A DNA stretch of 54,053 nt from Candidatus Bathyarchaeia archaeon (GCA_050012255.1 JBEKHN010000016.1:1-54053), one strand, 5' to 3'. Counted from the first letter of the stretch, positions 39,434 through 49,385 are shown. Program-made: numbers and translations. The notes: generated by a model not told the origin, from the letters alone.

Positions 39434-40075
39434 TTACACTGGTCTTGTGGACACTATTGCCCATCGTTCGGCGATCCAGCTGAAACCATCACCCCTTCGC
39501 TCGACTTTGAATCCTTCAAGTATTCTCTCCCACTCTGCTTTGTTCATGTAGCTGTAGAAGCCTCTGGCCGCGCTAATGTATGCCAGTCCTTTTGGCTTGA
39601 GGATACGCTTGATTTCGTTAACGGCTGGCTCGTGGTATTGTGGCGCCATCGAACACAGTAGTCCATTGGCAAGAACGAAGTCGACTGACCCGTCTCGTAT
39701 GAAGCTCAAGTCAGAGGCAGATGAAACACGTGCTTCGATGTTGTGGTAGCCACGTTTATCCGTTTTCCTTTCTAGCGTTCTGATAGCCTTTTCGTCTGAG
39801 TCAACTGCGTAGACTCTTCCTTCAGGACCAACGCATTCGGCTAAACCAAGTGAATAGAAACCGGGTCCACAGCCAAGGTCAGCAACCGCTTGACCTTCTA
39901 CGACATAGGAACAGAAACTGTGTGGGTTATCAAACAGCCTTCTGAATACGTTATCATGCATAAAGAGCGGAAAATGCTTGTCTCGCTTCTCTTCTTTCGC
40001 AGCCACTATCTGAACCCACCTTAGATCCTGAGCTTTACGTGCTCTGTTGAATACGTCAATCCTGTTTATCCTCAT
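39434..40075 (-). CDS. class I SAM-dependent methyltransferase
   Basis: VADLGCGPG, YAVD, RILKPKG; start uncertain. Confidence 0.88.
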   Translation of the reverse strand: MRINRIDVFNRARKAQDLRWVQIVAAKEEKRDKHFPLFMHDNVFRRLFDNPHSFCSYVVEGQAVADLGCGPGFYSLGLAECVGPEGRVYAVDSDEKAIRTLERKTDKRGYHNIEARVSSASDLSFIRDGSVDFVLANGLLCSMAPQYHEPAVNEIKRILKPKGLAYISAARGFYSYMNKAEWERILEGFKVERRGDGFSWIAERWAIVSTRPV

Positions 40076-40132
40076 TCGGCATTTAATAGTTGTCTAGCAG
40101 TGACCTTTCTGCAGAAATAAAAGTGATTGGTT

Positions 40133-40153
40133 GGGGTAAAGTTTTATCCCAAA
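40133..40153. repeat. palindromic 21-bp motif GGGGTAAAGTTTTATCCCAAA, copy 1
   Basis: Exact match to 41234-41254. Confidence 0.85.
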
Positions 40154-40216
40154 ACCCAAAACCCAAAACAACAACTAATGCGCCCTAGACCCCGCACGGT
40201 CTAAGCGCAGCCCGCC

Positions 40217-41176
40217 CTACTGCGAGTCTACCACGCCGTTTTTATTAGTTTCGGATTCTGCAGTATTCTCGTTCTTTTTTCGCAACAGAGCATATCCTTC
40301 GGAAATCAAAGCGATGCCGATAATACCTATTCCAGCATAAGCAAAGTGAAAATCAATCAGAGGATGGTAGTTGACGGTCTCCGTCTGTTCAGTTGCCTTG
40401 TAGAAGACGTCGGTTTGCATCTGCACTTGCGCTTGAGAGTTGCTTGGATTGTGAAATGTTACAGCGATGTCAAGTGCATACGATGCACTGCTATCTTGAT
40501 TACCATAACCATATTCAACGGTAGGGCCTGAAGGAGTCCAGAAGTATGAACGCCAGACAAACCCGTATTCGTCAGCGATGCCGTGGTACGTGAAGTTTAG
40601 AACAGGATCCCAATGATCATAACCGGTCAGTGTGCGCTCAAGATCATCGTAGCTCCCTTGTTGGGCAGACATGTTAACATCAAGTGATTCTGAGGTTGAT
40701 GATATTCTGATCTGAACCAAGCTTTGATTAGCATATATTGCAAAGAAGCTTCCAGTTGGCGCTTCGAAGGTGCGAGTTTCATTTGGTCCGATCGAGAAAG
40801 TTACGTTGAAGGTGTTATTTGTAAGTTCTACAGGAAAAGTTCGGACTGTTGAATACGGCACCGCGACGACCGTGGATGATGTTAGGAGAACAACGCCTAT
40901 TATTGTGAAGCTGACAGTGAATATGATCCAGTTTCTTTTCAGGAATCCAGCGTAGAGAGAATATGCGGCAAACGCAGAGAGGACGGCCAATGCTACTAAT
41001 GCATACGCAAAGGATCCAAACGAGTTCATCAAACTAAACCATACAAAAATCAATAAGAAAGAACCTACAACACCTATCAAAATGACAAGAGCCGTCAAAA
41101 TCAGCAAACGATAACTAATGCCTTCAACCAACAATCTTTCCCCCAGAGGTACCAATGAAACATTATGGAATTTCAC
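40217..41176 (-). CDS. membrane protein (3 N-terminal TM, extracellular domain, C-terminal TM)
   Basis: 319 aa hydropathy pattern; no recognised family. Confidence 0.75.
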   Translation of the reverse strand: MKFHNVSLVPLGERLLVEGISYRLLILTALVILIGVVGSFLLIFVWFSLMNSFGSFAYALVALAVLSAFAAYSLYAGFLKRNWIIFTVSFTIIGVVLLTSSTVVAVPYSTVRTFPVELTNNTFNVTFSIGPNETRTFEAPTGSFFAIYANQSLVQIRISSTSESLDVNMSAQQGSYDDLERTLTGYDHWDPVLNFTYHGIADEYGFVWRSYFWTPSGPTVEYGYGNQDSSASYALDIAVTFHNPSNSQAQVQMQTDVFYKATEQTETVNYHPLIDFHFAYAGIGIIGIALISEGYALLRKKNENTAESETNKNGVVDSQ

Positions 41177-41200
41177 AGTTAAATGTTGCGTTTTTCAAGG

Positions 41201-41273
41201 GTGCGCGCGCTACCCTAAAATGTTTGGGTTTTGGGGGTAAAGTTTTATCCCAAACCCAACCCAGCGCGCGCAC
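41201..41273. repeat. 73-bp imperfect palindrome containing motif copy 2
   Basis: GTGCGCGCGCT/AGCGCGCGCAC outer arms, TTGGGTTTTGGG/CCCAAACCCAA inner arms. Confidence 0.8.
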
Positions 41274-41607
41274 TATCTTACTCTCTTCCTGTTTCTCCGA
41301 AGCAAGCGTTTGTTTGGGAGTTTTGGTTTCTTCACACGTTTTGCATCCGTCGCAGCCAAGACTAGACCCTCAAAATGGTTTTGACTCTCGTTTCTCTTAA
41401 AGTTAGTGTACAGCGCGCGCGGAAGGCTTAGACTCCTCTCTTTTTTGCGCTAAAAGTCTTAAAGTATTGCTTTCACGCGCAGAGAAGACATAAATGCTTC
41501 CTTGCCACTTTCTCTTAAAGTGCATCTAAGGAACGCGCGGAGGGAAGATGTTTCACACTATTCATCTTTTCTCGAAAATATTTCTTAAACACTAAGATTT
41601 TTTCTCG

Positions 41608-41653
41608 GAAAAAGAAATTAAGGAATGAGGTGTACTGTAATTCATCAAAACCA
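41608..41653 (+). repeat. 46-bp direct repeat, right copy
   Basis: 44/46 identical to 31612-31657; ends 15 bp before the ATG at 41669. Confidence 0.92.
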
Positions 41654-41668
41654 TGTACATGAGAGGCA

Positions 41669-41881
41669 ATGTCTTTGGGACGTGTCGCTAAGGGAGTGAA
41701 ATGCAGCGTGTCGGGTTGTGGTCAAGATGCCGTACGTTCGCTTTCAGCTGAAAAGGTCAGGGCCGCAGGCCTGAGGGTTGGTAGCGAAAGGCGCGCTTAC
41801 CTGTGCAAGGAGCACTACAAAGAGTATAAGAAGAAGACGAAGAAAGACAAGCAGCTTGAGCAGTGGCGGTACAAACCATAG
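41669..41881 (+). CDS. small basic Cys/His putative zinc-binding protein
   Basis: CSVSGC...LCKEH, Lys-rich tail. Confidence 0.8.
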   Translation: MSLGRVAKGVKCSVSGCGQDAVRSLSAEKVRAAGLRVGSERRAYLCKEHYKEYKKKTKKDKQLEQWRYKP

Positions 41882-41902
41882 ACTTTGGAGGACAGACATT
41901 CA

Positions 41903-43771
41903 ATGCGAATATTGCAGCTGCATGCGAACTTTATCGCTTACAAGCCTGTTCAGAAAGAGATTGCCATGGCTGAGGAAGCTGAGAAGAAAGAGGTCCGATT
42001 AGAAGAACTGATCGTTCTGTTCACCGCAGTTGAAGACGGTGACGATGCGAGAGTCGCTCAGAAAGCTATTGACGAAGTTCAGGCCTTTCTCGAAAAACTG
42101 GGCGCGAACCGCATTCTCATCTACCCGTACGCCCACTTGAGCAGCAGGCTTGCCAAGCCGTCAGAAGCGTTGAAAACGGTTCAGGCCATGGAAGCTTATG
42201 CGAAGAAGAAGGGCATAGAGACATTTCGTGCACCGTTCGGCTGGAACAAGCAGTTCACGGTCTCAGTCAAAGGTCACCCTCTCGCAGAGCAGTCTCGAGT
42301 TATACTACCCGCAGAAGGCAAGGAAAAAGAAGAAGAGAAGGTCTCTGAGGCGGTGAAGGCCGAGGAAAAACTCAGGTCATCCTGGTACATCCTTCGGCCT
42401 GACGGAAAAATGGTGCCGGTCGAAGAGTTCGATTTCAAGGGGCACGTGGACCTTGAAAAATTCGCAAGGTACGAGATATCAAAGGTGAGAGCCAGCCAGC
42501 AGATGCCGCCTCACGTGACGTTGATGAAAAGGCTGGAAATCGCTGATTATGAGCTTGGAAGCGACCCTGGAAACATCCGTTGGTACCCGAAGGGCCGGCT
42601 GATCAAGTCTCTACTTGAGGAGTTTGTAGGCGTCAAGATGAACGAGTATGGCGCGATGGAAGTGGAGACTCCTGTAATGTACGACTTTCATCATCCTAGC
42701 CTGGCGGATTACGTGAATCGTTTTCCCGCGAGGCAATACTTACTGAAGTCAGAGGACAAGGAGCTGTTCCTGCGTTTTGCTGCGTGTTTCGGGCAGTTCT
42801 TGATGGTTCATGACGCTCAGTTCTCTCACAAACACATGCCAATGAAAGTTTACGAGTTAACCCGTTACAGCTTCAGGAGAGAAAAAAGCGGAGAGGTCGT
42901 TGGTCTCAGACGACTCAGGGCTTTCACCATGCCCGACTGTCACGCCTTCTGCACAGACCTGAAGCAAGCCCGAAAAGAATTCGTGACGCGTTTCAAGATG
43001 TGCATGCAAATTCTAGACGAGATAGGCTTAGGCAAGGATGACTACGAAGTGGGGATACGGTTCACCAAAAACTTCTATGAAGAAAACAAGCAGTTCATCG
43101 CATCCCTGGCGAAGACTCTTGGCAAACCCGTGTTAGCTGAGATGTGGAGTGAGCGCTTCTTCTACTTCGTGCTGAAATGGGACTTTAACTACGTGGACAA
43201 TCAGGACAAGGCCGCTGCTCTCTCAACGGACCAGATCGACGTTGAGAACGCCAAACGATACGAGATAAAGTTCGTCGATGAAAAGGGTGAGAAGCAATAT
43301 CCGTTGATTCTGCACTGTTCTCCAAGTGGGGCGATTGAGAGAGACGTGTATGCACTTTTGGAGAAGGCTTACAAAGAACAAAAGAGAGGCAGGCCGCCAA
43401 TGCTTCCTGTCTGGCTTTCTCCGACACAGGTTCGGCTGATCCCTATATCCGACAACTTCCTCAAGGATGTGGAGAAAATGGCTGAAGAGATGGAAGCTCA
43501 CCGTATGCGGGTGGACATTGATGATCGTGCGCTGACGCTGCAGAAAAGAGTGCGTGAAGCTGAGATGGAGTGGGTTCCTTACATAATTGTTGTAGGCCAG
43601 AAAGAACTCGAGTCCGATGTGCTTCCAGTTAGGGACCGGTCAAGTGGGAAGATGCGCAAGTTGAAACTGAAAGAGTTCATGGCGGAGACTGAAAAGATAA
43701 TCAGCGACAAACCCTTCAAACCGTTGCCTTTGCCGAAATATCTTTCCAAGAGGCCACAGTTCTACGGCTAG
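41903..43771 (+). CDS. thrS: threonine--tRNA ligase (archaeal type)
   Basis: MRILQLH, YPYAHLS, APFGW, LRFAACFG, HCSPSGAIER. Confidence 0.97.
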   Translation: MRILQLHANFIAYKPVQKEIAMAEEAEKKEVRLEELIVLFTAVEDGDDARVAQKAIDEVQAFLEKLGANRILIYPYAHLSSRLAKPSEALKTVQAMEAYAKKKGIETFRAPFGWNKQFTVSVKGHPLAEQSRVILPAEGKEKEEEKVSEAVKAEEKLRSSWYILRPDGKMVPVEEFDFKGHVDLEKFARYEISKVRASQQMPPHVTLMKRLEIADYELGSDPGNIRWYPKGRLIKSLLEEFVGVKMNEYGAMEVETPVMYDFHHPSLADYVNRFPARQYLLKSEDKELFLRFAACFGQFLMVHDAQFSHKHMPMKVYELTRYSFRREKSGEVVGLRRLRAFTMPDCHAFCTDLKQARKEFVTRFKMCMQILDEIGLGKDDYEVGIRFTKNFYEENKQFIASLAKTLGKPVLAEMWSERFFYFVLKWDFNYVDNQDKAAALSTDQIDVENAKRYEIKFVDEKGEKQYPLILHCSPSGAIERDVYALLEKAYKEQKRGRPPMLPVWLSPTQVRLIPISDNFLKDVEKMAEEMEAHRMRVDIDDRALTLQKRVREAEMEWVPYIIVVGQKELESDVLPVRDRSSGKMRKLKLKEFMAETEKIISDKPFKPLPLPKYLSKRPQFYG

Positions 43772-43856
43772 CGATGGCAGAGATCAGCCAGTTCTGTCCA
43801 AAAGATATATGAAACCTTGATTTGATAGACTAACTTCTCGTTTCGGGGGTAGACCA

Positions 43857-44741
43857 TTGGAGAAGGAGTTGCAGGTTTACATAGACGGGAAATATTATCC
43901 GAAGTCGGATGCGAAGGTTTCGGTTTTTGACCACGGCCTGCTGTACGGTGATGGCGTTTTCGAGGGTATCCGCGCCTACGACGGCGTAGTGTTCAAGCTG
44001 AAGGAGCACATCAACAGGCTTTACAGTTCAGCTCACATGATAATGTTGTCGATTCCGATGACCAGAGAAGAGCTGATCCAGAAAACGTTGGAAACGTTGC
44101 GGAAGAACAAGCTGAGAGACGGGTACGTACGTCTAGTGGTTACAAGGGGGGCAGGCGACCTCGGGTTGAATCCGAAGAAATGCCCAAAACCAACAGTAAT
44201 CATAATCACAGACTCGATCTCCATGCACAAGGACGACGCAAAAGAGAACGGCGTCACTGCAATGATTTCATGGGTCAAAAGAGACCCTGTGGACGCAACG
44301 TCACATGAGATAAAGTCGCTCAACTACCTCAACAGCATCTTGGCAAAGATCGAGGCAAACAATGCCGGTGTTGATGAGGCAATATGTCTTGACAGGAACG
44401 GGTTTGTCTGTGAAGGTGTAGCGGAAAACGTGTTCACAGTGAAGAACGGCAAGATACACACGCCGCCTAGTTGCACGGGCGCCTTACCCGGAATAACAGC
44501 GGGTTCGGCCAAGAACCTTGCCAGACAGCTGGGGTATGAGGTATCGGAAAAGAACGTGACACCTTATGAGCTGTTTAACGCTGACGAGGTTTTCTTCACG
44601 GGAACAGCCGCGGAAATCGTGCCTGTGAGAGAAATAAACAAAAGGTCTATAGGCGACGGCAGGCCAGGTCCGATTACGAGAAGACTGATGGCAGAGTTCT
44701 CAAGAATCGTTCGCGATCCGAAGGAAGGAATAACCATCTAA
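43857..44741 (+). CDS. ilvE: branched-chain amino acid aminotransferase
   Basis: YGDGVFEGIRAY, KSLNYL, LPGIT, GTAAE. Confidence 0.96.
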   Translation: MEKELQVYIDGKYYPKSDAKVSVFDHGLLYGDGVFEGIRAYDGVVFKLKEHINRLYSSAHMIMLSIPMTREELIQKTLETLRKNKLRDGYVRLVVTRGAGDLGLNPKKCPKPTVIIITDSISMHKDDAKENGVTAMISWVKRDPVDATSHEIKSLNYLNSILAKIEANNAGVDEAICLDRNGFVCEGVAENVFTVKNGKIHTPPSCTGALPGITAGSAKNLARQLGYEVSEKNVTPYELFNADEVFFTGTAAEIVPVREINKRSIGDGRPGPITRRLMAEFSRIVRDPKEGITI

Positions 44742-44778
44742 TAATAGCGCGCGCTTTGTGGGCGCTGGCCCATGCTTT

Positions 44779-45993
44779 TTACATGTGTTTCTTCATGAAG
44801 CCTTCAATTTCATCAAACGCTTTTTCAAGAATCTCGATCGGCGGAAGGACAACTCCTCTAACGTGTCCAGCTCCGTACACTGGGTCGAATCCAGATCCGT
44901 GAACGAAAAGCACTCCGGTTTCCCTTAGAAGGTCCAAAACGAACTCCATATCTGTCTTCCATTTTCTCCCTACTTCATGGATTTTGGGGAATACGTAGAA
45001 CGCGGCTTCAGGTTTTGCGCAACTAATCCCTTCAATTCCGTTCAGCCTCTTCCAAGCGAAGTGGCTTCTTTGCCGAAGTTTTTCAACTGTGGTTTTTATG
45101 TGTTCTTGCGGACCGTTTAAGGCTGCCACTCCGGCTTTCTGGACAGGCGTGTTCGCGCAGAGTCTTATCCTAGCTTCTTTCTCGATGCAGTCTCTCATTT
45201 CTTGCAGTTCGCCTTTTCGGCTGTGGAAGTACACGTACCCGAGTCTCCAACCTGTCATCAGGTAAGCTTTTGAAAAGCCGTTCAAACCTATGACCGGAAC
45301 GTCCCCGGCCAGCTGAGCTGTGCTGACAAACCTTTTCTGAAACACTAGCTGGTCGTAGATTTCGTCTGACAAGACTGGGACGTCGTTTTCGCCCGCCAGG
45401 TCCACTATTTCTTTTATCATTTTGCCTTCGTACAGGGCACCGCAAGGGTTGTTTGGGTTGATGATCACTATTGCACGAGTCTTAAGTGAGATCTTTTTTC
45501 TAAGGTCATCGATGTTTGGCTGCCAGCCTTCTTCCTCGACTGTTTCGTATGTTATCGGCTTTCCACCGAAGAACCTGGCATATGAGATGTAAGGCGGATA
45601 AGTTGGTCCTGGGAGAAGAATTTCGTCTCCAGACTCGATGAGCGCGGCCATCACCATCATGATGCCTTCAGAAATTCCTGATGTGACAATCACGTCTTCG
45701 GCCGAGACTTCAACGCCGTTGACTCTTTTCTCTTTCTGGCTGATTGCCTCTCTGAGCTCTGGCAACCCTTCTGAGGCTGAGTAGAGATTCGCTCCTTCTT
45801 CAACCGCCCTGATCAGGGCTTGTTTGATGTGCGGCGGCGTGTCAAAATCGAACGCGTTCGGGTCTCCTATGTTCAAGTAGTAGATCTTCTTGCCTGTTTT
45901 CGCAACTTGTTTTGCGTAGGGGATGACGTCGCGAATCGCGTACTCGATCGTCTGCACTCTTTCAGTCGGCTTCGCTTTGGTCAAGTCTATCAC
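44779..45993 (-). CDS. class I/II PLP-dependent aminotransferase (alanine aminotransferase-like)
   Basis: YAIRD, LNIGDP, NPNNPCG, SDEIYD, SKAYLMTGWRLG. Confidence 0.92.
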   Translation of the reverse strand: MIDLTKAKPTERVQTIEYAIRDVIPYAKQVAKTGKKIYYLNIGDPNAFDFDTPPHIKQALIRAVEEGANLYSASEGLPELREAISQKEKRVNGVEVSAEDVIVTSGISEGIMMVMAALIESGDEILLPGPTYPPYISYARFFGGKPITYETVEEEGWQPNIDDLRKKISLKTRAIVIINPNNPCGALYEGKMIKEIVDLAGENDVPVLSDEIYDQLVFQKRFVSTAQLAGDVPVIGLNGFSKAYLMTGWRLGYVYFHSRKGELQEMRDCIEKEARIRLCANTPVQKAGVAALNGPQEHIKTTVEKLRQRSHFAWKRLNGIEGISCAKPEAAFYVFPKIHEVGRKWKTDMEFVLDLLRETGVLFVHGSGFDPVYGAGHVRGVVLPPIEILEKAFDEIEGFMKKHM

Positions 45994-46041
45994 GTTTTAG
46001 AGCTGAGTCTGTTCAGAAATGAGATAAAGATTGTGGATTGG

Positions 46042-47664
46042 CTACTCTACTCTGAACGTTGCAGACGCTTGGGTTCCGTCCGCAGTCTGTATGGTAATCG
46101 TCACATCTTGTCCAGCGTACGGTTCCCATTTCCACGGACAGAGCATTATGGCATCAGTTCCCACAGGCACGTCCTGTCCCGCAGCGCCGGCGATCGGCAC
46201 TGTCTCATTGGCAGTCTTGACATACACTTGCATTATTGTCACGTTGATTTTTGAAAACTCGCTATTGTGAACTGTGACGTTCATGTAAGGGCTTCCGGGT
46301 GAGAGATAGAAGAAAGACGCGTTGCTTATCTCGAGGTATGGGAGTGTCAGGTTGTAACTGAGCAGCAATTCGTTTGAGTCATACATAACGTGAGCTGTCA
46401 CCGTGACGTTTTGTCCGACGAAGCTTGACCAGTTGAAAACGCAGGTAAGAGTAGATGGTGCGCCCGCAGCTATCAGTGTTGCACTGGTAGAGGTTTGGTT
46501 TTGGTTGAGGTCGACTCGTGTCACGTTGATGATGTGAAGCGAATAAGGCATGTTGGTCATGTTTATGAGGAAAAGGCCGGTGTCGTTCAAGTCAAAAAGT
46601 ACGTTGTTTATCTTTACTGCGACCCCCAGAGGTGTTGCGACAGTCTGGGTCTGAGACACGAACCCTTCCTTGGTGTAGGCGGTCACTGTAACGACCATGT
46701 CACGGTAGCTGATGTCTTTCCAGTTCCAGGCACACGCAAAAACGACGGTTTGATTCTGGTCGATAGCCTTAGGGAGAGATGGGTTTGAGAGGTATCCGCT
46801 TATGACGTCTACTGTGCTGCCATGCGCCAAGGTGATGTTTGTGACGATTACAGAAGTGGCAGAGTCCGGGGAGTTGAATAGTGTTATGTCGGCCTCATGC
46901 GTGTTCGTTTCGCTAAAGGTGACCTGTGTCACTTGCAAGCTGACTGAGGGAACGTCTTTTCTTGTTTCAGCCGTGTAGCCTTCCATCGTTTGAACTGTGA
47001 CTACCGGTTTCACGAGGCTCCCCCAGTTTACGAAGCAAGTAAACGTTACGGTCTGGTTCGCGGGGATTACCGCTGGAAGTGTTATGCTCAGGTTTTCGTC
47101 AACAGGGTTGTAGTTAAGGAGAACGTGGGACAGAGTCAAGTTGATCGCTGAAGGCTGATTCGTGACGGTCACGTTGAAGTATTGGGCACTCTGGGAAGCG
47201 TTAAAACTTGTGTCAACTCCAAGGCTTACTCGTTGTGTTTGAACAGAAAATCCAGCCTCTGTGTTATTCGCGGTTAACACGTGCACTTCGATAATGCTTC
47301 CAGCCAACGTGCCCCATTGTAATGAGCAGGTGATGGTTTGGGAGGTTCCTTTGTCAAGAAAAACTGGAAGTGCTGGCTGAGAGTCCGTAATGAAGGATCC
47401 GTTGAACCCCTGTGCTGTTGCGTAGATGCCCGTTATGTTTGTCCCCGCGATTGAATGCGATGGGTTCAGTACTGTCACGTTGAAATGATTTGCGTCGTCA
47501 ACTGGGAAATTAACGCCTGTTACCTGCAGGTCTATGGTCTTGTCGGACTCTAGATAGAACGGTGCGATCGCCCACATATACGCTATGAGGGCTCCGATTA
47601 TCGCTGAGAGCAAGATGAGTAAGATTGCAAAGAGCGTGGAGATCGCCTTCACCCCTTTTCTCAT
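46042..47664 (-). CDS. large pilin-like surface protein with class III signal peptide and ~5 beta repeats
   Basis: MRKGVKA|ISTLFAILLILL; repeated F...FNVTV.N units. Confidence 0.7.
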   Translation of the reverse strand: MRKGVKAISTLFAILLILLSAIIGALIAYMWAIAPFYLESDKTIDLQVTGVNFPVDDANHFNVTVLNPSHSIAGTNITGIYATAQGFNGSFITDSQPALPVFLDKGTSQTITCSLQWGTLAGSIIEVHVLTANNTEAGFSVQTQRVSLGVDTSFNASQSAQYFNVTVTNQPSAINLTLSHVLLNYNPVDENLSITLPAVIPANQTVTFTCFVNWGSLVKPVVTVQTMEGYTAETRKDVPSVSLQVTQVTFSETNTHEADITLFNSPDSATSVIVTNITLAHGSTVDVISGYLSNPSLPKAIDQNQTVVFACAWNWKDISYRDMVVTVTAYTKEGFVSQTQTVATPLGVAVKINNVLFDLNDTGLFLINMTNMPYSLHIINVTRVDLNQNQTSTSATLIAAGAPSTLTCVFNWSSFVGQNVTVTAHVMYDSNELLLSYNLTLPYLEISNASFFYLSPGSPYMNVTVHNSEFSKINVTIMQVYVKTANETVPIAGAAGQDVPVGTDAIMLCPWKWEPYAGQDVTITIQTADGTQASATFRVE

Positions 47665-48025
47665 GTGCAAGTTTTTCCCTCGATTCTTAAACGATTGTTG
47701 TAAATCATATTTCTCAGTAGTAAATAAGCATTCTCTGTTTCGCTTTCGTCATCCACTCAACAGCTTGACCCCGTCTCTTGCGTTTTCAAAGCTTGTGCAG
47801 GCAACAGGGCTGTTGTTCAAAACACAGTTTCACAGTGTTTCTTTGGAGCAGATGTGCAATTCGCGCGAAAGAATTGACAAAGTAATGTATGGGTCCGATG
47901 AGTCCACGGAACAAAAAGGCTCTCTCTCGGAGCGAGCGTCAGAATCTTTCCTGCCTCTAGTCTTAGAGCTAAGTTTAAATCTTGTTCACTTTAGATAGTT
48001 GAGTTCGCGATCCGAGGGCTTAGGC

Positions 48026-49312
48026 ATGGCAGAACACGATGCAGTGATTGTGGGTGCGGGGATCGTGGGGTTAGCAACTGGGTATCACCTTAAAAGGATG
48101 AATCCTAAGCTTGACGTTTTGATCGTTGACAGGCTTGGCGCAGCGGGCCAAGGAAGCACGGCGAAGAGCGCGGCTGCTTTTCGTTGTCTTTTTGCTTCTC
48201 GCACAAATTTTGCTCTGGCGGATTCTTCTGCAGAGTTCTACAGGTATGTGCAAGACGATTTGCGCGTTGATCTTAAACTGCGGTGGGCTGGTTACCTGTG
48301 GTTTTTTGACGAGGAAGGCTACGGCAGGATGCTCCCAGTGTTGAAGGATCTGGCTGGCAAGGGTTTTCAGTATATGGAGTACGATGAAGGAGAGTTGGCT
48401 GAGAAACTTGAGATGCGGACTAGCTTTGATGATGATGAAGAAGCCAAAATGATGGGGTTGGGCAACGTTCACAAGGGGGTTTTGATCCCGAAGGCAGGCT
48501 TGATCGATGTGGACTCTCTGGTGAAGTTTTATGAGTCCGAGTTTCTCAGGCTCGGAGGGAAGATTCAGTATCACACTGACGTGAAGGAACTCGTCGTAGA
48601 GCCTCGTAGGCCTCTGGAGATGCCTGGTGAGCCATACTTCTGGCAGGATGCTTCGATCACAGGGGTGAAGACGACGAAGGGGCTGATAAAGGCAAAGAAA
48701 ACGATAGTTGCGGCGGGCGCATGGATTTCTCAGCTCCTTGACCCTGTTGGGATTGAATGCTTTGTCAAGGCTAAGAAGCGGCAAGTTTTCTCGATCAAAG
48801 CGAAGACGGAGGGGCTGAAGAAACTATTAACATGCAAGGAATTCACGAAAGCAGGGTGTCTCCCGTTCACGATTCTTCCTAAACCGTCTGCCTACATTCG
48901 GCCTGCACCTGAAGAAGACGCTCTTTGGCTGGCTTACGCTGACGAGTTTCCGAGAGCCTTCAAGGTTGAGGATGAACCTGAGCCTGAAGAAAACTACTAC
49001 ACATACGGGTTGTACCAGGTTGTAGTTAAGTACTTCCCGCAGTTTACAGACTGCCAGCCATTCTCAGCTTTCGCCGGGCTTTACGAGGTGAACAGCATCG
49101 ACGGTCAGCCCGTGATTTTTGAGGAAAACGACCTAATGGTCGTTGGCGGCGCAAGTGGAAGCGGCATATTAAAAGCTGACGCAATAGGAAGGATAGCTGG
49201 AGCACTCTATAATGGTGAAGAGTACGCCAGCCTGTACGGTGACAGAAAGTTCAGGGTCAGCGACCTTGGCCTGAAACACAGAAGCGTCGAACCAGAAAAG
49301 CTCGTGATCTAA
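48026..49312 (+). CDS. FAD-dependent oxidoreductase (DAO/sarcosine oxidase beta-like)
   Basis: IVGAGIVG, AAGAW, SGSGI. Confidence 0.88.
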   Translation: MAEHDAVIVGAGIVGLATGYHLKRMNPKLDVLIVDRLGAAGQGSTAKSAAAFRCLFASRTNFALADSSAEFYRYVQDDLRVDLKLRWAGYLWFFDEEGYGRMLPVLKDLAGKGFQYMEYDEGELAEKLEMRTSFDDDEEAKMMGLGNVHKGVLIPKAGLIDVDSLVKFYESEFLRLGGKIQYHTDVKELVVEPRRPLEMPGEPYFWQDASITGVKTTKGLIKAKKTIVAAGAWISQLLDPVGIECFVKAKKRQVFSIKAKTEGLKKLLTCKEFTKAGCLPFTILPKPSAYIRPAPEEDALWLAYADEFPRAFKVEDEPEPEENYYTYGLYQVVVKYFPQFTDCQPFSAFAGLYEVNSIDGQPVIFEENDLMVVGGASGSGILKADAIGRIAGALYNGEEYASLYGDRKFRVSDLGLKHRSVEPEKLVI

Positions 49313-49385
49313 CCTCCGTAAAGGATTATGCTTATTTACTTACGGGCACTTATTTTCGTATACTCATTTTCGGGAAGTCAGCGTT

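Larger units (their letters stand above)
31658..41653. mobile_element. ~10-kb genomic islet at pfkB 3' end (no integrase)
   Basis: Flanked by 46-bp direct repeats; four minus-strand accessory genes interrupt a plus-strand core run. Confidence 0.75.

Noticed and set aside
40133-40153. XerA dif site
   Set aside because: Only 4 bp between TAA and TTA rather than the 6-bp spacer of known dif sites
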